From a virus (lineage: Duplodnaviria > Heunggongvirae > Uroviricota > Caudoviricetes), in IMG/VR virus record IMGVR_UViG_3300014208_000025, positions 1-52,966 of that record: 52,966 bases of DNA; one strand, given 5' to 3'. The notes under the pieces are model-generated. The model was not told the DNA's origin. It worked only from the letters and a program-made list of their open reading frames with translations, and searched no databases. Shown here piece after piece: positions 19,115-28,397 of the stretch (position 1 is the first letter of the stretch; each line of letters starts with the position of its first letter). A program made the translations under genes and the position numbers.

Positions 19115-19747
19115 ATGACAAACATTGCTAACAAACTAATCTGTCTCAAATTGAACAAGGCTTGGCAACCAGTGGGTTATTCCACGGTCGGCAAAGCTCT
19201 TGTGGATTTGGCGGCTGGTGTTTCTGCCAGAGCTCTCGATCTTGGTTATGAGTTGGATGAAAACGGCGAGCCGATGGGCGACCCAATTTACATGAACCCG
19301 GTTGATTGGGATACGTGGTTGACGTTGCCATGTCGTCCATATGACTTGGTAATTCACACTTCCAGAATGGCGGTGCGTGTGCCAACCGTGTTAATTGCCC
19401 GCACATTCAACAAGATGCCAATAAAGAAATTTAAAGGTAAGCCGAGCAAGGATGCTATTTGGATTCGTGACGAAGGTGTTGACCAATACACAGGCAAACC
19501 TCTAAAACGAGAGCACGCAACTATTGACCATGTCCTTCCACAATCAAAAGGTGGACGTGATACATGGGAAAATCTTGTTACGACTCACCGAGACATCAAT
19601 TCTGAGAAGGGTAATAATCTCAACCATGAAGTAGGATTGAAATTGATTCGTCAACCAACCGCTCCAAGACCAGTGCCAATCTCATTGCTCATTCGTGAAG
19701 TGCGTCACCGTGACTGGAAAAGTTTTTTGATAAAGATTGATAAGTAA
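19115..19747 (+). CDS. HNH endonuclease (McrA/HNH_5-like)
   Basis: L.LN..WQP, RD...DQYTG, TIDHVLPQSKGG..TWENLVT...IN..KGN. Confidence 0.9.
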   Translation: MTNIANKLICLKLNKAWQPVGYSTVGKALVDLAAGVSARALDLGYELDENGEPMGDPIYMNPVDWDTWLTLPCRPYDLVIHTSRMAVRVPTVLIARTFNKMPIKKFKGKPSKDAIWIRDEGVDQYTGKPLKREHATIDHVLPQSKGGRDTWENLVTTHRDINSEKGNNLNHEVGLKLIRQPTAPRPVPISLLIREVRHRDWKSFLIKIDK

Positions 19748-19763
19748 AAAGAAAACTTGAGAC

Positions 19764-19804
19764 AAAAAAGACCCACGATTTTAATGTCGTGGGTCTTTTC
19801 TTTT
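19764..19804. terminator. bidirectional intrinsic terminator
   Basis: aaaagacccacga-loop-tcgtgggtctttt where the + and - gene blocks converge. Confidence 0.85.
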
Positions 19805-19825
19805 AACAATGATGAATGGTTGGAA

Positions 19826-20017
19826 TTACAATTGTTTTTCCAATTTCTTGTAATAACAATAGGCGGCAATGGAAACACTAACTACCCCAATTCCAATTAT
19901 ACTCCAAGAAATAACTGGAATAGTAATTGCCGAACCAACAAAAAGACATATCAGAGATATTGAACATCCAATAGATGAATATCTTCTATAATCCTCTTTT
20001 GTTTTAGACATTGACAT
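19826..20017 (-). CDS. small two-TM membrane protein
   Basis: Two hydrophobic segments. Confidence 0.6.
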   Translation of the reverse strand: MSMSKTKEDYRRYSSIGCSISLICLFVGSAITIPVISWSIIGIGVVSVSIAAYCYYKKLEKQL

Positions 20018-20019
20018 AA

Positions 20020-20694
20020 TTATGGAGTTTTAGACGGAGTTTGGTCGTCATCGTAATTGAACTTGGCCGAATTACACGAACGGAACTTGATCGCACCCTT
20101 TGACAACGTATCAAACATAACTGCCGTTCCTTGAGCGGTGGCAGTATAATTCAACTTGGTGTTTCCACCGATACCCATTGCGCATCCAACCTTCCAAGCA
20201 TCTTGATTAGCGCCAATGTAAGTGAAGTCCCAATTGTAAATTTCGGATTGGTGTTTAATAAGTTCCTTTACCTTATCCAAAGTGTAATGGTCTTCGACTT
20301 TGGCCAAACGAGAGTTGTCTTCACCATCCGTAATAGTGACTATGAGAACCTTAGAGGGTTTATCAAAGTCAGGCAGAGCAGAGAGACGAACACCAATGTC
20401 GGTAATAGTTTTACCAAGAGAATCGTAGAGAGCGGTACCACCACAAGGTTGATAGGTCTTATCAGTCAACTCAGGAACATCACTCAAGTTGAGGTCTTGA
20501 TACACAGATTCATAGTCGGTGTCAAACTGATAGAAGAACACTTTACATTCTCCAAGTTTGGCATCACGTTGGGCTTTGATGAAGGTGTTAAAACCTCCAA
20601 TCATGTCTTTGGCGATACCACTCATTGAACCGGAACGGTCAACGACGAATACGAGATAAGTAAGATTTGGATTCATAGGTGGGAAGTATATCAA
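20020..20694 (-). CDS. von Willebrand factor A domain protein
   Basis: VVDRSGSM MIDAS, GGTALYD, ITDGEDN, YIGANQDA. Confidence 0.9.
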   Translation of the reverse strand: MIYFPPMNPNLTYLVFVVDRSGSMSGIAKDMIGGFNTFIKAQRDAKLGECKVFFYQFDTDYESVYQDLNLSDVPELTDKTYQPCGGTALYDSLGKTITDIGVRLSALPDFDKPSKVLIVTITDGEDNSRLAKVEDHYTLDKVKELIKHQSEIYNWDFTYIGANQDAWKVGCAMGIGGNTKLNYTATAQGTAVMFDTLSKGAIKFRSCNSAKFNYDDDQTPSKTP

Positions 20695-21905
20695 ATTTTG
20701 AGGTCGTTGTCAACCATCTTTTTGACCAATGTGAAGAAGGTCGATTTCGGATTCCAATTCAAATCCTTGCGAATGGCTGACGAGTCACCCCGGAGGGTTT
20801 CCACTTCGGCTGGGCGGTAGAATTGGGGATTGATTCTTACTAACACTACATCGGGAACAGGAATACCCCCGTCAACATAAACGAACCGTTCTGAGAGAGG
20901 GTCATTCTTCATATCGATGAACCAACGACCGTCAATACCTGCGGTTTTGAATGCTTCCTCTATAAACTCACGGATGGAATGATTAACATCACTTGAACAC
21001 ACGTAATCCTTGACCACACCTTGACCAACATACATTTTCGTCCAATCAGTGTCATTGAAACGGCATGGTTTTGCTCCAACATTTTGCACGACCAATCCCA
21101 AGTGACTGCTGTTGTAGATTTCTTGATTCAACATACGCCAGACCGCATCCACCATGTCTTCGGCATCCGACCAGTCTCGCCGCGCATCAATGTTTCCCAA
21201 TTCCAATGGAGTAACCTCTGGAACTTCAAACTTTGGAGCAGCATCAATTTCTTTCTTGATACGCACAACGTTTTGGGTAATTTTACGAGTCACGAATTGA
21301 CTACCTCTACGTGACCCTTCATGATTAAACAACCAACCTTGCACAGCATAAATTCCATACGACTCACGATAGACCTTTATCAAGGTGCGAGCTGCTGCTT
21401 TGGATGCTCCGTATGGACTACGAGGCCGAGGCGGATGGGTTTCATTCTGTGGTGTAACGACGACGTTTCCGAATTCTTCACTGCTACCTGCATTGTAAAA
21501 TCGACATGATGGTTTCACTCGCTTGATAGCCTCCAAACAATCCAATACAGATGTTGAGTTGGTTTGCCATGTCTGACGGGCGAAATCCCACGAGGATGCT
21601 ACAAACGATTGGGCGGCGAAATTGATGAAGTAATCGGGCTTGGCATATTCCATCAACTTGTAAATGGAATGGGAGTCGGTCAAATCAAAATTGACCAATT
21701 GGAAACGTGGGTCATGTTCAAGATGGACAATGTTGTTGTGGTTGTCCACACTGAGGCGTCGTGCTCCACCGATGATGGTTAAGTGTGGTTCGTTTTTCAA
21801 AAGGTAATCCACCATGAGACTACCATCTTGACCCGTAACACCTGTAACAAATACGACCGAGCCGGTGGTTGGGAGTACAACGTCTTGAATGTTTTTGATT
21901 GTCAT
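20691..21905 (-). CDS. gmd: GDP-mannose 4,6-dehydratase
   Basis: TGVTGQDGS, AAQSFV..SW, SSEEFG, SPYGASK, LFNHE..RRG..FVTRKI, LGNIDARRDW, FYRPAEV. Confidence 0.95.
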   Translation of the reverse strand: MTIKNIQDVVLPTTGSVVFVTGVTGQDGSLMVDYLLKNEPHLTIIGGARRLSVDNHNNIVHLEHDPRFQLVNFDLTDSHSIYKLMEYAKPDYFINFAAQSFVASSWDFARQTWQTNSTSVLDCLEAIKRVKPSCRFYNAGSSEEFGNVVVTPQNETHPPRPRSPYGASKAAARTLIKVYRESYGIYAVQGWLFNHEGSRRGSQFVTRKITQNVVRIKKEIDAAPKFEVPEVTPLELGNIDARRDWSDAEDMVDAVWRMLNQEIYNSSHLGLVVQNVGAKPCRFNDTDWTKMYVGQGVVKDYVCSSDVNHSIREFIEEAFKTAGIDGRWFIDMKNDPLSERFVYVDGGIPVPDVVLVRINPQFYRPAEVETLRGDSSAIRKDLNWNPKSTFFTLVKKMVDNDLKI

Positions 21906-21945
21906 AACCTATGGATATGTATCCACGTTTTATGACAAACAGAAA

Positions 21946-23007
21946 TTATATTTCATCCAACCAAATCTCCAAAGCCTCCTTATTATACTGTTTCAACTTG
22001 GTCATATTAAGTGATTGAAGATTGACCTTGATTCCATGATAAGCCATATACAGATGACGCACCATTTGATGAATATCCGTAGGCCCCGTTTGATACAAGT
22101 GAGACAACCATGACACTTCTTGTGAACCGATTACGGGAATGTTGTTCCACACGAAATCAGCAGCTACGATGTTGAAGGTTTCACTGAAACTAACTTGCAT
22201 TCCAATTTCCATCTTACGAACCAACTTGATGAAGTCATGATGATTGGCCCAAGGATGTTTCACCAGCTTGTGTTTCGTATCCTTGAAAGCGTATTCCAAA
22301 TTCTTCATGACCGAATCACCCTTTTGTTCAATCCGGTCGCCGTTGATGTGGAAATGAACATTCTTACCGATATCATTACCAAACGCCATTACAGCCATAG
22401 CCTGTTCCAAATGGTTCTTCATGGGTCTGACAGCACCAAAGCACCCAATATCAACGATATGAGTATTAAAATTCACCTTTGGGTGGAGGTCGTAATCAGG
22501 TGGACAATAGATGTTTGGATGATAGTCAACTTCGATTCCATAGACGTGTTTGAACGTGTCAACAATATCTACGTTGTTAGCGGAAATATGAAAGTTGTGA
22601 TGGTGGGTTACAATTTCAGCATATTCACGAAGCCATTGGATAGCGATACCTTCATTTGCAATGAATGGAATTTTACTGTGAACTCGCACATACCACTGAA
22701 CGTGTTTGTGTAGTTTAAGTAATTCGTGAAATTTCTTTGGAACAACCCACAACGCTTCAATGAAGACGTGGGTAGGTTTGAATTTGTGAACCTCTCGGTC
22801 AATACAGTTGTTGTCAATGACAGAAACAACTTCACATTCAATGTCATGTTGTTTCAGTGCATTGCAAATGAACCGACACGAATTGATTAGACCGAAGGAT
22901 GGGCCGTATGTGTCATTCCTTTTCTTACAAACGAAGAGCACCCTTTTTTGGTGTTTGTTGTGTTTATCGAAATTTCTCATAGATGTAATCTCTTGATTTA
23001 CTATCAT
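21946..23007 (-). CDS. GT-B glycosyltransferase-like protein
   Basis: GCFGAVRPMKN, QVSFSETFNIVAAD (E-x7-D); adjacent to gmd. Confidence 0.7.
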   Translation of the reverse strand: MIVNQEITSMRNFDKHNKHQKRVLFVCKKRNDTYGPSFGLINSCRFICNALKQHDIECEVVSVIDNNCIDREVHKFKPTHVFIEALWVVPKKFHELLKLHKHVQWYVRVHSKIPFIANEGIAIQWLREYAEIVTHHHNFHISANNVDIVDTFKHVYGIEVDYHPNIYCPPDYDLHPKVNFNTHIVDIGCFGAVRPMKNHLEQAMAVMAFGNDIGKNVHFHINGDRIEQKGDSVMKNLEYAFKDTKHKLVKHPWANHHDFIKLVRKMEIGMQVSFSETFNIVAADFVWNNIPVIGSQEVSWLSHLYQTGPTDIHQMVRHLYMAYHGIKVNLQSLNMTKLKQYNKEALEIWLDEI

Positions 23008-23193
23008 AACACCAAAACCCCACCGGCTTTTGATTTTCTATACACCTAGACAATCGTTCCCATTCTTTATACCATTCAGAAGTTATCCACTTTTCGTTGT
23101 TCTCCGATTGTGTGGGGAAGTTATCCATCAACAATCCTATTTTTATGTGATTTATAACATCCACCAATATTAATTATTTTGTAAATTCTACAT

Positions 23194-23643
23194 TTAATCA
23201 GATTCATTTCCATATTCTTCAGATTCTCCATTTCTATATTTTGAAAATTTTTTATGAAAATTATTAAAATCTTCTTCGGTTAACATAAGCATATTCACCA
23301 AGGCATTAATTGTGTAACAGGCATAATATTTATCAACATTGTTATCGGTGAGTTTCTTTGCCATGATTGAGGCAAAGTAAGTTAACTCCATTATTCTTTT
23401 CTTTTCTTCTTGTTCATCGACAACTTCTTTTATCATCAACCCAGGTATTTTTTGGGTTTCGAATGCGGCTTGAGTTTCTTCCACTATTTTCCTACTTAAC
23501 AATTCCTGTAAATTGGATGGTTTAGGATGTTTCCCTTTAATAGAATTCTTCAACTTCTTGATATCTAATGCGGTTATCCTCTTGGATATCATAAAAGAAG
23601 TTAAAATGCCTTCCTTGGCTAATATATGGTTTTGAGTAATCAT
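23194..23643 (-). CDS. hypothetical protein
   Basis: 149-aa ORF. Confidence 0.65.
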   Translation of the reverse strand: MITQNHILAKEGILTSFMISKRITALDIKKLKNSIKGKHPKPSNLQELLSRKIVEETQAAFETQKIPGLMIKEVVDEQEEKKRIMELTYFASIMAKKLTDNNVDKYYACYTINALVNMLMLTEEDFNNFHKKFSKYRNGESEEYGNESD

Positions 23644-23793
23644 TTGTCAATGTATAGATTCCGCATTATTATTTTACCATCTTTATTAACTTGTTTTTTC
23701 TGAAATATCATAATTCCGAACATTCTCGTTTCCATTGTTTTGTTGTCTGCATTACTCCAATAAATATTAGTAACGTTTATATTAAGACAAGAT

Positions 23794-24522
23794 TTAGAAT
23801 CGGGAAGGGATAATTCTGGAAGAACCTTGAATACGGTCGGGGTCATTGAAGTTAAACGCTACCTTACCACGGCGGATGTAACCCTTTCCACAAGTGAAAG
23901 TGCAGTTGTAACAGAAGATGCGGAGATTGGCTAGAACATGATTTTTTTCGTTACCATCTTCAAAGTTTAGTATTAGGGGCATCTTTTCATCGGTGATACG
24001 ACGTTCGGAGAAGCCACAGTTTTCACATTCAGCTTTTTTGATTCCACTACGAATCAACAAATCTTTCAACCGATATATGGGATAGTCGGGGAACTTACCT
24101 TCGAGGATTTGATTAAGGGGATACTTACCTTTGTCAGGTGCCCAATACGATTTCTTTGACCCCCTCGCCCAAGGATTGACCTTGAACAGACCATACTTGA
24201 CTGCCCAACGTTTATAAGTCTTGTAATTGACCCCAAGATAACGGGCACACGCGGCAGCGTTATCACATTTCTCTTGAGCTTCCTTGATTTCGGTTTCCAT
24301 CAGGGGACGCCAACCCTTACCACGTTTCAAACGATGAGGAGGTTCTTGTATAACGCCTGCGGCTTCCAAGACTTCTTCGGATAATTGAAGCGTTTCAAGA
24401 ACCTTGTCATTCTGAATCTTTGTAACAACTTTCTTGAGGTCTTCAACCGACCGAATCAACGTGTGTATTACGCGGTCTTTATCTTGTTCAGTTAAGCTTG
24501 GATTTAGATTTTCTTCCCCCAT
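23794..24522 (-). CDS. HTH plus degenerate HNH-fold protein
   Basis: AAACARYLGVNYKTYKRWA helix-turn-helix; CENCG...LILNFEDGN..N....NLRIFCYNC. Confidence 0.7.
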   Translation of the reverse strand: MGEENLNPSLTEQDKDRVIHTLIRSVEDLKKVVTKIQNDKVLETLQLSEEVLEAAGVIQEPPHRLKRGKGWRPLMETEIKEAQEKCDNAAACARYLGVNYKTYKRWAVKYGLFKVNPWARGSKKSYWAPDKGKYPLNQILEGKFPDYPIYRLKDLLIRSGIKKAECENCGFSERRITDEKMPLILNFEDGNEKNHVLANLRIFCYNCTFTCGKGYIRRGKVAFNFNDPDRIQGSSRIIPSRF

Positions 24523-24871
24523 TTTCGCCTTCTGGTTTTAGACTTTCTTTTTGGAGGTCTATTTTATGTTGATTAAAGAAATTTCGTCTCAGCATCTCCG
24601 CTTTTTTATGTAATCCAGAGTTAATTAAAACGAAGTAGGTGTTGTAACAGATGTGTTTGTTTGGATCTGCAACATGTTTCTTTTCCCAACATTCAATTAT
24701 AACGGCTACTTTGAAACCAGGAAGGTCTTTTCGTTTTTCAATGGCTCTCGTAGCCGCTTCCATATAAATGTCGTCAAACACCGCTGGATTGATTTCAAAT
24801 TCATCATCCCAAAAGGTGGAACACTTTACCGAGACAGTTTTAAGCGCCGGCGCTTTCATAGTTTTTTTCAT
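24488..24871 (-). CDS. hypothetical protein
   Basis: 127-aa ORF. Confidence 0.65.
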   Translation of the reverse strand: MKKTMKAPALKTVSVKCSTFWDDEFEINPAVFDDIYMEAATRAIEKRKDLPGFKVAVIIECWEKKHVADPNKHICYNTYFVLINSGLHKKAEMLRRNFFNQHKIDLQKESLKPEGENGGRKSKSKLN

Positions 24872-24888
24872 AAGTTACTAAATCGCCA

Positions 24889-25272
24889 TCATTCAGCATT
24901 TTCAAATCCTAAATTCTTTGAGCATCCTTCACAAATTTCCCGATAATCACACGTTATTTCTTCATCTTTTTGAATATCTCTTAACGCCCAACAATCAATT
25001 CCTATATTTCCTGTGTTCGGAGCATCACTATGATTACAAAATCTAGCATTATCTACACAAAGATATCGAGTTCCATCTTTTTGAACGGTTGTATAGGTTT
25101 GACAAAATTCTTTTTGCAATTCGGTGTATGAATTGTATTCTTCGGGAGTTATTACTTTATAAAATTCCGGAGTCTCTTTCCACCAAATAGTTTCTTTTGG
25201 AATAAACTCAGAAGCAAATAATCCGATGCCTTTGTTCTCCGTTTCTTTGATGTGTGTTTTAATTACAATCAT
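24889..25272 (-). CDS. SET-domain protein (lysine methyltransferase-like)
   Basis: KGIGLFA, ARFCNHSDAPN, ALRDI..DEEITCDY. Confidence 0.9.
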   Translation of the reverse strand: MIVIKTHIKETENKGIGLFASEFIPKETIWWKETPEFYKVITPEEYNSYTELQKEFCQTYTTVQKDGTRYLCVDNARFCNHSDAPNTGNIGIDCWALRDIQKDEEITCDYREICEGCSKNLGFENAE

Positions 25273-26194
25273 ATTGTGTTAATTCCTTTTTTCTTTCATT
25301 GTATCTGTAAAATTTACATTTTGTCGAAGATATTATATCAAACATTCTTACTCTGTCCTTTTCTTTTAACTGTCCATAAATATCATAATGTCTTGGTTCA
25401 TCATATTCTATTACCACATTTTGATTTTCATCATACCCATCAACAAAGTAACATATAATTCGTTTCTCGCCTCCATTTAGAGCATGACGAATATTCCATT
25501 TCTTTTCACTACCAAGACCATCAAGATATTTACAACCATTCAAACTAAAATTTGGACGTGGTGTTATTCCCAACAACTCAATTCGTTTCAACATCTGTTC
25601 TTTACTTTTTATTGATAATTTTCTTCTAGTTTCATCAGAAATTATTCTTGGATTATTCTTTATTGTGTTTGATATATTAACTCTAACACTAAATTTCTTT
25701 GCTGGATTTTTATCTCCTAATTTTGATTCTGAAAGTTTCTGTTTAGTTTTATCCGATACAATTTTACCTTTGTTAGAATTGGATATTTTTCGTTTGGTTT
25801 CATCAGTATGATTTCTTCCTAACATCCATTTTCCAATGCCAGAAATTAAATGATGTTTACTAATTTTTTCTTTATGTAAGTCAGACATAGGACCAAATTT
25901 AATGCCTATACGAGAACATTTACGGCACACTTGGAGTTTTCTCATTGCTTTATTCAAACACCTTTTATTTTTATATTCTATGATGTTATCACACAACGGG
26001 CAATTTCTTTCCCATTGTATCGTAATATCTTTTAAGATTTCTTCGTTTGATTTCATCTTTATGTCGTTGATAATATTTATTTTGTCTAATTCTTCGTTTT
26101 TCATCTTTTTCTTCTTTTGATTTTCGGTATCTTCCCATAGTAATAAATATAACGTAGAAATAAAAAACGTAGGAAAATCATGATATATTACCAA
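25259..26194 (-). CDS. homing-endonuclease-like protein (Cys ribbon, NUMOD3-like repeats, Vsr/DUF559-like nuclease)
   Basis: RNCPLC..CRKC, HTDETKRKIS repeats, HALNGGE, YFVDGYD..VIEYDEPRH; true start probably downstream of 26194. Confidence 0.8.
   Translation of the reverse strand: MVIYHDFPTFFISTLYLLLWEDTENQKKKKMKNEELDKINIINDIKMKSNEEILKDITIQWERNCPLCDNIIEYKNKRCLNKAMRKLQVCRKCSRIGIKFGPMSDLHKEKISKHHLISGIGKWMLGRNHTDETKRKISNSNKGKIVSDKTKQKLSESKLGDKNPAKKFSVRVNISNTIKNNPRIISDETRRKLSIKSKEQMLKRIELLGITPRPNFSLNGCKYLDGLGSEKKWNIRHALNGGEKRIICYFVDGYDENQNVVIEYDEPRHYDIYGQLKEKDRVRMFDIISSTKCKFYRYNERKKELTQYDCN
25989..26138 (-). CDS. basic microprotein overlapping endonuclease gene (family copy 3)
   Basis: MGRYRKSKEEKDEKRRIRQNKYYQRHKDEIKRRNLKRYYDTMGKKLPVV* (49 aa); TATTTATT motif 3 nt upstream. 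Confidence 0.8.
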   Translation of the reverse strand: MGRYRKSKEEKDEKRRIRQNKYYQRHKDEIKRRNLKRYYDTMGKKLPVV

Positions 26195-27836
26195 TTAAAT
26201 CTCCATCGTTAAGGAGGTCTAAATTATTCAATTTATTTTTAACAGTGTCACATACATCTTCCTCGGCAGTTCCAGATACGAACACTATTTTTTGTATGCT
26301 TTTACTTTTAGCATCATCTCTCCAAATTCTACCAGTTGCTTGTCTCATTAAAACAGCAGAATATGATGGGGAAATTAGTGAAAGTCTAGGATAATTTCCA
26401 TGTAAATCATGTAAATTCAATCCACTACCACCCGACTGAATGTTTACTAATATTACTCGTTCTTTATCATCTTGAAAATTATCTACGTTTTGTTGTCTGA
26501 TTAAATCAGTAGTTTTTCCATCAAATATACATTTTGTATTCAATCGTTGACTTAAAGCATTTAATGTTTCTGTAAAGTTAACAAATACCACGACGGACAT
26601 GCCACTTTCTAATCCTTCTTCTACCATATCAACCAACAAAGGAACTTTTATCAATTCGGTTTTTTGTCGTTCTCTAATGATAGCTGTTAATTCACTTGCT
26701 TTATCTCGTTTTACTATATTTCTAAGCCGTTTAAGTTCAGATTCCATTTCAGAATGAAATTTGTTAATCTTATCAACGTCTTGTTCATCCATGTTGTAAC
26801 ATTCAGCAATCAATTCCGATTCGGGGAAGTTGGGAATCGTGTCGCGTGATAGGCGGATACCACGATTTACAAAGATATCTTGATGCAGTTTCTTCAATAC
26901 CTTTTTACGAATCGTCATGTCTTCGGTAAACTCCAACCCCCACCTTCCTTTGCTGACGCCGTGTTCATAACACCACTGATAGTAGTTGTTTGCTCCTTTG
27001 AATAGTTTTAGGGCGGTGCCAACCGTTCTTAACTCTAATGGATTGGTGGCGTTGGTTGCCGAACAAAACAACATCTTGTAACCTTGTTTCATGGCTTCCA
27101 CACAGGTCTTGGAATTCTTAGTCTTCCAATTTTTCAACTTCTGGGATTCATCCCAGATAATAAGGGTATCCTTGGTTATTTTCCATGTGAACTTATCACG
27201 GTGGGTTTTACGATTGGTGACGAAGGAAGCGACGTTGGATTCTCTTTTGCCGATACGAAGTTGTTCATAGTTTATGATGTCCACCAACTTGTCTTTCATT
27301 TTGAAATGCTTATTGATGACTCGTTTCCATGCTTCCATGACAGCTTTAGGACAAACGACCACCATCTTCATATCCAACTCACGGGCAACCGCACACGCTA
27401 CATAGGTCTTTCCTACCCCTACATCCGAACCATCAATGGCACAACCCCAACGATTGATGGCCCCAATGATTTTGGAAACTGAATCAACCTGCCACGGACG
27501 CAAGCCTTCTTCGTTCATGACCTTGTAGGGTGGCAACCAAAAATCTTCGGCCTCTGCGATGGGTGGGGGAGTGGGCTTCTTGCCGTTGAACTCTTTGAAA
27601 TTCGAAACTTCCAACTTGGTTTCTAGCAAATACCAATCGTCGTCAATTTTCTTGACGGAGAAACCATCTTCCCACAGCTTGTATTTTTTGACATTCCAAA
27701 AAGCGAAGAATGGAGAACGATATTCAGATGGAATAAGCCAAATTCGGCGCCATTTCGTAATACCATCTTTTTCATCCTCGTATTGAAACGGGGCTGACCA
27801 TTTAATATCAATATTTATCATTTCTTCTGTAACCAC
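26178..27836 (-). CDS. superfamily 2 (SNF2-like) helicase
   Basis: LRPWQ, DVGVGKT, VVCPKAV, IIWDESQ, SAT, GSGLNL, QATGRIWR. Confidence 0.9.
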   Translation of the reverse strand: MVTEEMINIDIKWSAPFQYEDEKDGITKWRRIWLIPSEYRSPFFAFWNVKKYKLWEDGFSVKKIDDDWYLLETKLEVSNFKEFNGKKPTPPPIAEAEDFWLPPYKVMNEEGLRPWQVDSVSKIIGAINRWGCAIDGSDVGVGKTYVACAVARELDMKMVVVCPKAVMEAWKRVINKHFKMKDKLVDIINYEQLRIGKRESNVASFVTNRKTHRDKFTWKITKDTLIIWDESQKLKNWKTKNSKTCVEAMKQGYKMLFCSATNATNPLELRTVGTALKLFKGANNYYQWCYEHGVSKGRWGLEFTEDMTIRKKVLKKLHQDIFVNRGIRLSRDTIPNFPESELIAECYNMDEQDVDKINKFHSEMESELKRLRNIVKRDKASELTAIIRERQKTELIKVPLLVDMVEEGLESGMSVVVFVNFTETLNALSQRLNTKCIFDGKTTDLIRQQNVDNFQDDKERVILVNIQSGGSGLNLHDLHGNYPRLSLISPSYSAVLMRQATGRIWRDDAKSKSIQKIVFVSGTAEEDVCDTVKNKLNNLDLLNDGDLIGNIS

Positions 27837-27850
27837 GGTTCGATGTATGG

Positions 27851-28147
27851 TTAATTCCCATACCCCTCGTCGGTGAACTTAGCAGCAGTATGAATGTCGG
27901 TTCTGATATGTCTTCCGTCTTTGAACACCCCAATATCGAAGGTTTCTGAGAGTGCTCGTGTTAAAACTATTCCGCTACCGTCATCATAACCATGACCAAG
28001 TTCGGCTAAATATTGTATGTATTGAGAGGCTGGCTGTTTGAAGGCCGACGGAATCAATACCGTAACCAAGTAGTTGACCAACGCAGGAACAGTATTGAAA
28101 TACATGTGTTTCCCGATGACAGTATTGTGGACGTAGAATTTGTTCAT
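27851..28147 (-). CDS. hypothetical protein
   Basis: 98-aa ORF with TACATATA motif upstream. Confidence 0.65.
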   Translation of the reverse strand: MNKFYVHNTVIGKHMYFNTVPALVNYLVTVLIPSAFKQPASQYIQYLAELGHGYDDGSGIVLTRALSETFDIGVFKDGRHIRTDIHTAAKFTDEGYGN

Positions 28148-28233
28148 AACATACTATATGTAGTGTTTACTGTACCATTATGACGAATTGTATCGAAGAA
28201 CTCAAGTTATTTTAAGTCATGATTTTATTTCTT

Positions 28234-28328
28234 GGGAGCGTAAAACCCCAACGGATTTAGCCTTGGGGATATAAGCGACCCATTCACACCATAAATAGAT
28301 TGACACTTTAGGGTAGGGGAGTTTTCAC
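28234..28328 (+). mobile_element. miniature non-autonomous IS200/IS605-type element (PATE-like remnant)
   Basis: Left-end-like hairpin aaccccaacggatttagccttggggatataagcgac and right-end-like ctttagggtaggggagttttcac ending in TCAC; no ORF between. Confidence 0.55.
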
Positions 28329-28344
28329 CTCCTATAACCGCAAT

Positions 28345-28379
28345 AAAAATGCCCTACCATATTTAACGGTAGGGTATTT
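28345..28379 (-). terminator. intrinsic terminator
   Basis: On the minus strand aaataccctacc-loop-ggtagggcattttt, downstream of gene end 28398. Confidence 0.75.
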
Positions 28380-28397
28380 ACAATTTTTAGAAATTGT

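Noticed and set aside
23640-23846. 68-aa ORF (also 22964-23167)
   Set aside because: Plausible gap-filling small genes, but starts are uncertain and there are no motifs, so they are not listed as features.
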